Assembly (NCBI RefSeq): GCF_006345805.1
Contig: NC_042998.1
Coordinates: forward strand, 159,774,001-159,838,000
Reading direction: 5' to 3'
Length of the DNA stretch: 64,000 nt
From: Octopus sinensis
Lineage: Eukaryota
In this document: in pieces, positions 1 to 9,981 of the stretch
Layout of the letters: every line of letters starts with the position of its first letter
Position numbering within the stretch: position 1 is the stretch's first letter
Notes under the pieces: generated by a model
What the model was told of the DNA's origin: nothing
Databases searched by the model: none
The model's input: the letters and a program-made list of their open reading frames with translations, nothing else
Position numbers and translations under genes: made by a program

Positions 1-389
1 TAGGACGTACCCCTTTGAGAATACCAAATGCACCAATGATAACTACACAGTATGTAGGATTAGTCCTGGCATTAACTATAGAACTAGAAATGTAGTTTAC
101 AGCATAAGATGCATAGAAGGTGCTTGTAAAGACATGAACATGACATACATAGGAGAGACATCTTGGAGCATGGCAGATAGACTAAATGGACATTTTAAGA
201 CAATATGACAACAAAAAACAGTCCTCCATACTCTATCAACATGCCAAGGACAAACATGGAGGCAACCTGGATCAACTTGACATCCACATCTTATCCAAGC
301 ACCCAAAGGACCCAACCCTCAGACAAATACAGGAGTACGTCCTCATAAATGAAACATCCCCTGTACTAAATAGGCAATATACAGAGTAG
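1..389 (+). pseudogene. GIY-YIG endonuclease C-terminus of a PLE ORF, frameshifted near 195
   Basis: Hand translation gives NVVYSIRCIEG...TYIGETS...RLNGH, then RQYDNKKQSSILYQHAKDKHGG...RQIQEYVLINETSPVLNR. Confidence 0.88.
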
Positions 390-585
390 GTAATCATACC
401 CTTATACCAACAGTTTATATGTATATACAGGTAGAATAGTTAGTGGGCTGTTATGTAGAAAGATAGATAAATAGATAGATAAATGTATGTGTGTGTGTAT
501 ATGTGTATATGTATATGCACGTGTATGAAGGCATATGGATATGAAAATAAACAGATAGACATACAGACAGATAGGTACATAGGTT

Positions 586-823
586 TAAGGTGGCGAGCTG
601 CCAGAAGCGTTAGCATGCCGGGCGAAATACTAAGCAGTATTTCATCTGCCATTACATTCTGAGTTCAAATTTCGCCGAGGTCAACTTTGCCTTCCATCCT
701 TTCGGGGTCGATAAATTAAGTACCAGTTACACACTGGAGTCGATGTAATCGACTTAATCCTTTTGTCTGTCTTTGTTTGTTTGTCCCCTCTATGTTTAGC
801 CCCTTGTGGGCAATAAAGAAATA
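586..823 (+). mobile_element. tRNA-headed SINE (family S1) with ~17-bp TSD
   Basis: A-box-like CTG(C/G)CAGAA and B-box GAGTTCAAAT, plus the central block TTTGCCTTCCATCCTTTCGGGGTCGATAAATTAAGTACCAG. Flanked by AGATA(G/A)GTACATAGGTT at 569-585 and 824-840. Confidence 0.85.
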
Positions 824-1067
824 AGATAAGTACATAGGTTATATGAACAGACAAGCACACATACGCACATACACAAATGAAGACTGAAACACATGACCAT
901 ATACACACACACTTCACACATATGGAGACACTTGTCCACACATATGGAGGTACAGATCCATACATACATACAGACACAGTACATAGTCACAACCCCCCTC
1001 CCCCCACACACACGCATACTCAGACATGTACACACAAGGAGACAGAGGCACACACACGTAAAAACAC

Positions 1068-1497
1068 TGCCAGTGCCAAACATGGCTGATGCCAGCGTCG
1101 CCTTCATTGGCTCCCATACCGGTGACACATAAAAGGCACTATCCAAACTTGATTGATGCCAGCCCCCTCTGGCTCCCATGCCAGTGGCACATAAAAGCAC
1201 CATCCAGACATGGTCGATGCCAGCCCCCTCTGGCTCCTGTGCCGGTGGCATATAAAACCACCATCCAAATGTAGTCAATGCCAACCACTTCTAGCCCCTG
1301 TGCCGGTGGCACATAAAAAGAAGCACACACTACACTCTTGGAGTGGTTGGCGTTAAGAAGGGCATCTAGTTGTAGAAACACTGCCAGATCAAACTGGAGC
1401 CTGGTGCAGCCTCCTGGCTTCCCTGACCCCAGTTGATCTGTCCAATCCGTGCCAGCATGGAAAACAGACGTTAAGCGATGATGATGATGATGATGAC
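1068..1497 (+). mobile_element. 5'-truncated RTE LINE 3' end with (GAT)n tail and 8-bp TSD
   Basis: Matches the 3' UTR of the RTE at 15631-16610. TSD AAAAACAC at 1060-1067 and 1498-1505. Confidence 0.85.
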
Positions 1498-1691
1498 AAA
1501 AACACATGAATATGCAGAATACATACATAATACAAACTTACATACATATATATATATACACATACACACATACATACATGCATACATACATACATGTGTA
1601 TGTGTGTGCACATTGACTCATACACATGCGCACACAAACAAACAAAAAGAATGCAGCTTGAATAACATATATATATATATATATATATATA

Positions 1692-2519
1692 CATCAAAAT
1701 AGATGAACATCAATGGAATTTGTATCTTTGTGGTACCAGTGCCGGTGGCACACAAGAAAACCATCCGAACGTGGCCGTAGCCAGTACCGCATCGACTGGC
1801 GTCCGTGCTGTGGGCACGTAACAAACACCATCCGATCGTGGCCGTTTGCCAGCCTCATCTGACACCTGTGTCTGTGGCACATAAAAACACCATCCGAAGA
1901 CCCGGCAAGACTAGTCAGGCCATAACCCGTGGCCCCTACCTGGGACGTAGTCAGTCCACCTGTGCATACCTTCCTTCTTGTGACACTTGTGAAGACCTGT
2001 TGAGGCAAGTGAAAATCAAAACAAATCAAAATAGATGAACATCAATGGAATTTGTATCTTTGTGGTACCAGTGCCGGTGGCACACAAGAAAACCATCCGA
2101 ACGTGGCCGTAGCCAGTACCGCATCGACTGGCCTCCGTGCTGTGGGCATGTAACAAACACTATCCGATCGTGGCCATTCGCCAGCCTCATCTAGCACCTG
2201 TGTCGGTGACACATAAAAACACCATCCAAGCATGGCCGTCTGCCAGCCTCATCTGGCACCTGTGTCGGTGGCACATAAAAAACACCATCCGAGCATAGCC
2301 GTTCGCCAGCCTTGTCTGGCACCTGTGTCGGTGGCACATAAAATCACCCACTACACTCTCGGAGTGGTTGGCGCTAGGAAAGGCATCCAGCTGTAGAAAC
2401 ACTGCCAGATCTGACTGACCTGGTGCAGCCTTCGGGCTCCCCAGACCCCAGTTGAACCGTCCAACCCATGCTAGCATGGAAAACGGACGTTAAATGATGA
2501 TGATGATGATGATGATGAT
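1692..2519 (+). mobile_element. 5'-truncated RTE 3' UTR with ~332-bp internal tandem duplication, inserted in (TA)n
   Basis: TCAAAATAGATGAACATCAATGG starts at 1694 and again at 2026. Ends in (GAT)n, with (TA)n on both sides. Confidence 0.85.
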
Positions 2520-2527
2520 ATATATAC

Positions 2528-2604
<77 letters not shown>

Positions 2605-2827
2605 ATATATACGTATAGTTCTCTCAGTGGGCAAAAATGAGTACTACCTGTATTTCAAAGGGCCAACTTTGTCGTATTATCTGTTATGTTAAATCTCCCT
2701 GAGAACTACATTAAGAGTATGCGTGTTTGTGGAGTGCTCAGCCTCTTGCACATTAATATCATGAGCTGACTATTTCCCTTGACTAGATCAATATGAACCC
2801 TTGTCAGTGTACCCACATAGTTTCAAT

Positions 2828-2891
<64 letters not shown>

Positions 2892-3769
2892 TATATATAC
2901 ATATATATACATATATATAAAACAAAGGATGTGTGTGTGTGTAGTACATATGCATTTCTACATGTTTTCAACCGATTTTCACATTACTTATGTACCAAGG
3001 ATAGTCATAAACTATAACATTTTGCTCAGAGCTCCCAAGCAAGAAACTAGTTTTTCTCTAAAAACTTCTGCAGTTTTCAACCAATTGTCCGTTTATTTCT
3101 CTCTTCTCTCTCTTTTTCTCATTCTCTGTTTCTCTTGCTTACACATATTCTCTCTCACCCTCTGTAATAGTTCCTCTCTTTTAGTCTATGTCTGTTCTCC
3201 CACTCTTTCTCTCTTTCTCTCTCTCTCTCTCCCTCTCTTTCTTTAACTCACTCACACACTTACTAACTTCTGTCTACAAATTGTTTTCCATGAATTTAAA
3301 TTTGTCGTGTGTAAAAATCTCTGTTGTTACAGTTTTTGTACATCTTCCCTGAAAAACAATTTAGTTATTTTTCCTTTTTGTTCACCTAGTGTGTTTAAAT
3401 TCAATTTTGCCCCATCTGTCTAAAAATTGCATAAATATCTTTGACTTTATGGTATTTGTACGTCCTCCCAACAAAGGATGTATGTGTGCCTGTGTGTAAG
3501 TATGTATACATTTCTACAGTCTTCAACCGATTTTCACCAAACTACACACACACATTACTTATGTGCCAAGGATGGTCATGCACTACAACATTTTGCCCAG
3601 AGGTCCCACTGGAACCTCTGGGTCTCCTTCCCCACAGATAGGAACTGAAAGTGGGCATTCCAATAATGCTGCTGAGGAGGATCCTCCAAAACTGTGCAAT
3701 AGATCACCACTGGTGGTGAAGAAGATGATGCTGCATGTTATTGAGGTGACTATTCTGTCCAGATGTGGA

Positions 3770-4035
3770 TAGGGAGAAGGACGTCTTCATACCAAGGATC
3801 CCCATTATTCCATCAGGATTGGAAATTCCCTTTACTTTCAGGCAGTTGCAAATTTCTGTCCATGTAAGTTTTGTGATGTCAATCAACAACTTGCAGGGGC
3901 AAACTTCTTTGTGGCAGGACTTCACCTGGAGGAGTCGTGTTTTTCACAAAGGCAATTGTATGTTGGCTACTCCAGAGTGGGGACTAAAAACAATCTATTC
4001 ACATTTTCCCCGCAAGGTAAAACAAAAATATTGTC
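3770..4035 (+). pseudogene. Helitron PIF1-type helicase C-terminal fragment
   Basis: DVFIPRIPIIPS...SFVMSINNLQGQT, then in a shifted frame AGLHLEESCFSQRQLYVGYSRVG. Confidence 0.85.
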
Positions 4036-4061
4036 TATAGAGAGGTTCTGTAGGCTTTATT

Positions 4062-4270
4062 ATTTCATTATTCCCCACAAGGGGCTAAACATAGAGGGGA
4101 CAAACAAGGACAGACAAACGGATTAAGTCGATTACATCAACCCCAGTGCATAACTGGTACTTAATTTATCGACCCCGAAAGGATAAAAGGCAAAGTCGGC
4201 CTTGGTGGAATTTGAACTCAGAACGTAAAAACAGACGAGACACCACTAAGCATTTCACCTGGCATTCTGT
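4062..4270 (-). mobile_element. SINE S1 inserted in the Helitron
   Basis: Reverse complement of the 586-823 family. Confidence 0.8.
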
Positions 4271-4379
4271 AGGCTTTCTATGTACCTACTTCCATACCTC
4301 TTTCAGAGTACTTGCTCAAATAAGCTCACAATTTGTGTAAATGCCAAAAAGAAGTGAGTATGAAGATAGGCTAGTCAAG

Positions 4380-4967
4380 ATGTTGATGGACATCCTGGAA
4401 ATTGCCTTGGCAGAGTTTACACAGTCCATCCCAGTCAACAGGAGTGTTTCCAGGATCTGAAAACCTTTGATGACAAGGTATGTGGAACATACCAGGGGGC
4501 TGCATCAAAGTCCCAGCCTTGAGAGAGTTTACATGGTCCATCACAATCAAGAGGTGTGTTTCTACCTCAGTCTTTTACTGCATGAAGTCAGAGGACCAAT
4601 GTGTTGCCATGATCTGAAAACCTTTCAAGGGAAGGTATGTGGAATATACCAGGAAACCTGCTTCAAGTACGGGTTGCTAGAAGATGGGGCACAGTGTCAT
4701 GCAATGCTGGTAGAGGTCACTGCATCAAAGTACCCCAAAAGTCTCAGGGCATTGTTTGCAGTGATATTGCAAACATGTATGTTATGTGATACCAGTTCTT
4801 TGTGGTTCAAGTGTAGGGGTGTGGAAAGAGAGAGGAAATCCCCTTTACTTTCAGGTGGTTGCAATTTCCTGTTCACATATGTTTTGCGACATCAAGCAAC
4901 ATATTGCAGGGACAAACACTCTCTGTGGCAGGACTTCACCATGAGGACTCATTGGCAGAGCTGCTGA
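4380..4967 (+). pseudogene. Helitron RepHel fragments: Rep-helicase linker fused by deletion to helicase motif V
   Basis: CFYLSLLLHEVRGP...GLLEDGAQ...LRALFAVILQTC, followed by QFPVHICFA...QGQTLSVAGLH. Confidence 0.8.
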
Positions 4968-5334
4968 ATTTGGTATGCTTGTACAATTTTGTGTGTTTTA
5001 CTGAAATATTGACTGTACTGTACGTTTTAGAGATTTTAAATTTCAATATTTTTTCTATTTTATATGTATTTTCATCAATTTCAAGTTATTATACACCCAT
5101 GTATTTCAGTTTCTAAGAAAAAAGCCGATAACCGGTATTTTTCTCTATTTTTGCGGTTGTGACATATTTCAAAAATATTTTGTACGTTTTTGTGAATTTT
5201 GGTACGTTTTGGCATGGAATTCTGTGCGTTTTACAAAAAAAGCTTCAGCATCGCTGGTCATTAGATTAGAAAATAAGTGTTCTTAGAATGACGAAACATT
5301 CACACATTGAGCAATGCTGAGTACCTCTGCTAGT

Positions 5335-5339
5335 GTATG

Positions 5340-5372
<33 letters not shown>

Positions 5373-5397
5373 ATAGTATGTATATATATATACATAC

Positions 5398-5449
<52 letters not shown>

Positions 5450-5489
5450 GGTATGTATGTATGTATTAGTATGTATATATATTACATAC

Positions 5490-5539
<50 letters not shown>

Positions 5540-5627
5540 TAATATATATATTATATATATATATTGTGAATAGAAAGATGAATAATCTTGTAGTAGATTA
5601 ATCAAAAGTTTAACCGATACCTGGTAG

Positions 5628-5665
<38 letters not shown>
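5335..5665. repeat. (TA)n/(TATG)n microsatellite
   Basis: Directly visible. Confidence 0.95.
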
Positions 5666-5840
5666 GTTTAAATATTTGTTGTGCAAGATTTTTTATGTGA
5701 AGTCGTGTGTTGAAACAGATATTGTTATATTTCGGAATGGTCATATTGCCAGTTTAGCCAATAAAAACACACGCACTATATATTTGGTGTTATTTTGCTT
5801 CAGTGATATTTATTTTTTACATTAATCTTAATCTTATTTC

Positions 5841-5884
5841 GGCCAAAGTTCTTTCGTCACACTCCTGTGACGCATCAGTGGTCC
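5841..5884 (-). ncRNA. Candidate non-canonical minimal type I hammerhead ribozyme (PLE tail, left arm)
   Basis: Sense strand reads GGACCA-CUGAUGC-GUCAC-AGGAGU-GUGAC-GAAA-G-AA-C-UU-UGGCC: perfect 5-bp stem II, 2-bp stem III, and core position 9 is C instead of A. Confidence 0.5.
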
Positions 5885-6391
5885 TTTGTTTTCTTCTCAC
5901 TTACTTGTGTCTCTCCTTACTAACCGTCAGCCATTTTGTATTTCTATTGTATGTCTTCATTTGCGCATGCTTATATCTCTATGTGCGTCTATGTTTATTT
6001 AGTGTGTGTGTGGGGGGGGATGCCTGTAATATTTGTATCTTCTGGTTATATACATTCTTGTAATTTGTATTTTGTTTTTGTTGTTGTTGCTTTTGTTCTA
6101 ATTTTGTTCATGTGTTTACATCCACCCATTATTATCATTACATATGCTTGTATGTATGTATAACAACAATATTAGTAATAATAATAATAAATCTAATCGA
6201 AAAAAAAAAAAAATACATATACATATATATATATACATACATATACATATACATATATATATATATACATATATACACACATATATACACATATACATAT
6301 ACATATATATACACATATACATATATATAGATATTCATTTCTATTTCTTTAATTACCTGTGTATTTATTATGTTTGCAGGATCCACTATTG

Positions 6392-7280
6392 TCATATGTT
6401 GTGGTGTGCGCTATTGCTCCATTCTAGTTTTCTATTCAAGCTAGGTTTATTTTCTATTATATGTGTAGCTTCTGTAATTTGTCTAATTGTTGCATCTGTT
6501 CTATGTGTGGACAATATCTTAATCTCTATGTTATTGATTGATCCCCCGTGTTCTTGTTCGGCGTGTTGGTACAGAATCGATGAGCTTTTACCTTCCTTGA
6601 GTTGTCTCCAATGTTCATTCACCCGCTCACCAATGCTTCTTGCAGTTTCCCCTACGTATGTTACTGTCTTGTTACTGCATCGTCCCTCTATACATCTTAT
6701 ACTATAGACCACATTTCTGGCTTTACAGTTCGTTTGTGGGCTAAATCTACATACAGTGCAATAGTTATCCGTACAGAGAGTTCTACTAAAAGGATAGCTT
6801 CTACCAATTATAGATCTGATAGGGTTCCTGGCTTTTCAACAACCTTAATTCTTAGTTTAAGTTTATCTAGGGTCCTTCTAAAGCGGTACGCTAGTTCACC
6901 TCCAGGGGTGGTGTCAACGAACATGACACTCTGGTATTTATGGCTATCATACCAAGAGTTGGCCTTCCCTATTTTCTTTTTTGTCCTTTCTATAGTGTTC
7001 CATGACTTGTTCCTATAGAGTGGGCAAATCCCATTCCTATCATTACATAAATATTATCAAATTTCTTCATGGCTCCTTTGTATACTCTGATCCTTTCTTT
7101 ATGGCTGTAACCTGAGAACTGCATGCGGTGAATGAAATACTGTATGTGTCTCTTTAATTCTGTAGGCTCGCACATGCGTGACACATTTCTCATTATTCTG
7201 ACGAGGTCTGCCATCAAAATATTGAATTTGGCATTGCCCGCAATGGCTGAGTTCCGGTGGATCAGGTATTTTGAGGCCAT
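6392..7280 (-). pseudogene. PLE RT thumb to GIY-YIG, 5'-truncated and frameshifted
   Basis: HRNSAIAGNAKFNILMADLVRIMRN...QFSGY; VYSIRC...YVGETARSIGERVNEH...LNRKLEW. Confidence 0.85.
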
Positions 7281-7322
7281 AGGTTTTGCATAGTATGAAT
7301 GAAGGATTTGGGTTTTATTTTT

Positions 7323-8023
7323 ATCAGAGTATACAAAGGAGCCATGAAGAAATTTGATAATATATTATGTAATGATAGGAATGGGATTTGCCCACTCTAT
7401 AGGAACAAGTCATGGAACACTATAGAAAGGACAAAAAAGAAAATAGGGAAGGCCAACTCTTGGTATGATAGCCATAAATACCAGAGTGTCATGTTCGTTG
7501 ACACCACCCCTGGAGGTGAACTAGCGTACCGCTTTAGAAGGACCCTAGATAAACTTAAACTAAGAATTAAGGTTGTTGAAAAGCCAGGCAACCCTATCAG
7601 ATCTATAATGGTAGAAGCTATCCTTTTAGTAGAACTCTCTGTACGGATAACTATTGCACTGTATGTAGATTTAGCCCACAAACGAACTGTAAAGCCAGAA
7701 ATGTGGTCTATAGTATAAGATGTATAGAGGGACGATGCAGTAACAAGACAGTAACATACGTAGGGGAAACTGCAAGAAGCATTGGTGAGCGGGTGAATGA
7801 ACATTGGAGACAACTCAAGGAAGGTAAAAGCTCATCGATTCTGTACCAACACGCCGAACAAGAACACGGGGGATCAATCAATAACATAGAGATTAAGATA
7901 TTGTCCACACATAGAACAGATGCAACAATTAGACAAATTACAGAAGCTACACATATAATAGAAAATAAACCTAGCCTGAATAGAAAACTAGAATGGAGCA
8001 ATAGCGCACACCACAACATATGA
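7323..8023 (+). pseudogene. Inverted duplicate of the PLE C-terminal coding region
   Basis: SVMFVDTTPGGELA...IKVVEKPG and the same GIY-YIG ORF as the left arm. Confidence 0.85.
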
Positions 8024-8533
8024 CAATAGTGGATCCTGCAAACATAATAAATACACAGGTAATTAAAGAAATAGAAATGAATATCTATATATATGTATAT
8101 GTGTATATATATGTATATGTATATGTGTATATATGTGTGTATATATGTATATATATGTATATGTATATGTATGTATATATATATATGTATACGTATTTTA
8201 TTTTTTATTTTTTATTTTTCGATTAGATTTATTATTATTATTACTAATATTGTTGTTATACATACATACAAGCATATGTAATGATAATAATGGGTGGATG
8301 TAAACACATGAACAAAATTAGAACAAAAGCAACAACAACAAAAACAAAATACAAATTACAAGAATGTATATAACCAGAAGATACAAATATTACAGGCATC
8401 CCCCCCACACACACACTAAATAAACATAGACGCACATAGAGATATAAGCATGCGCAAATGAAGACATACAATAGAAATACAAAATGGCTGACGGTTAGTA
8501 AGGAGAGACACAAGTAAGTGAGAAGAAAACAAA

Positions 8534-8578
8534 GGACCACTGATGCGGTCACAGGAGTGTGACGAAAGAACTTTGGCC
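8534..8578 (+). ncRNA. Same hammerhead-like motif in the right arm, with one extra G
   Basis: GGACCACTGATGCGGTCACAGGAGTGTGACGAAAGAACTTTGGCC. Confidence 0.45.
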
Positions 8579-8692
8579 GAAATAAGATTAAGATTAATGT
8601 AAAAAATAAATATCACTGAAGCAAAATAACACCAAATATATAGTGCGTGTGTTTTTATTGGCTAAACTGGCAATATGACCATTCCGAAATAT

Positions 8693-8734
<42 letters not shown>

Positions 8735-8744
8735 ATATATATAC

Positions 8745-8821
<77 letters not shown>

Positions 8822-9981
8822 CTATACATACAGTACCACCAGCCCTCTTCCTGTCACCAGCCCTCACCTGTTTCAAAGTAAAGTAATATTTTCTCATGTC
8901 CTTCAGAAATGAACAGCACAATAGCTGGACCATGATTTCATGGAAGACTGCAAATGAACAACACTGCTTTTTACATGACAGTCATGTTTCCTTACAAGCA
9001 GCCCATTGTGAAAGAAAAAAGAGACACAAACACAAACATATACACACATTTGGCTATTGTATTATATATAATAATAATAATAAACCATATACCCATTCTT
9101 TTACCTAATATATGAATGCAAGTTATTTTCTGACTCATAGAATTTTGGACAACAACATATATATATATATAAATATATATATATGTATATATATGTATAT
9201 ATATATATATCTTTGTAATTCATTCTAGAATAAACCAGGAACATAACAATTTCACCAGCTATATAAATCTACAACTCTTCAATCTGTAACTAGTTTGATA
9301 AAAGCCAATGCATGAAACTCTCACCCCTTGAGTCATTCTGTTGCTTCTGCTAAATATTAATAAAAATATACATATACTCATATTTTCAGTTCTATTTTTT
9401 CCTGTTTGCATCACCATGTCTATATATTATATACACACACACACACACACCACACATATAAATATATCATCACCATCATCATCATTGTTTACCATCTGCT
9501 TTCCATGCTAGCATAGGTTGGACGATTTGACTGGCTGCACCAGACTCCAATCTGATTTGGCAGAGTTTCTACAGCTGGATGCCCTTCCTAACACCAACCA
9601 CTCCGAGAGTGTAGTGGGTGCTTTTACGTTCCACCGGCATGAGGGCCAGTCAGGTGGTACTGGCAATGGCCATGCTCAAATGGTGCTTTTTATGTGCCAC
9701 CTGCACAGGAGCCAGTCCAGCGGCATTGGCAACGACCTCGCTCGAATGTTTTTTCACATGCCACCAGTACAAGTGCCAGCAAGGTAACGATCACTCTCAA
9801 ATGGTGCTTTTTACATGCCACCAGCATTGAGGCCAGTTTGTTGCTCTGGCAACAATCATGCTCCACTAGCACAGATGCCAGTTATCGAATTTGATTTCGA
9901 TTTTGAATTCACTTGCCTCAACAGGTCTTCGCAAGCAAAGTTTAGTGTCCAATGAAAGAAAGGTACTCATAAGTGGGCTGG

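Larger units (their letters stand above)
1..1666 (+). mobile_element. Penelope-like element (family A), 3' part: GIY-YIG end plus long microsatellite-rich 3' tail, interrupted by two insertions
   Basis: The tail is colinear with the reverse complement of about 57850-58920 (for example the MKTETHDHIHTH-reading segment in both copies). It ends at a (TA)n tract near 1667. Confidence 0.85.
2925..5333 (+). mobile_element. Degenerate, internally deleted Helitron
   Basis: Carries RepHel fragments. The 3' end GAGCAATGCTGAGTACCTCTG-CTAG-T (CTAG at 5330-5333) resembles the clean Helitron end at 37287. The 5' boundary is uncertain. Confidence 0.7.
5719..8700. mobile_element. Inverted head-to-head pair of a Penelope-like element (family B): arms 5719-7091 and 7323-8700, spacer 231 bp
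   Basis: The arms are near-identical reverse complements and give identical 106-aa GIY-YIG ORFs at 6392-6712(-) and 7703-8023(+). Both sides are flanked by (TA)n. Confidence 0.92.
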
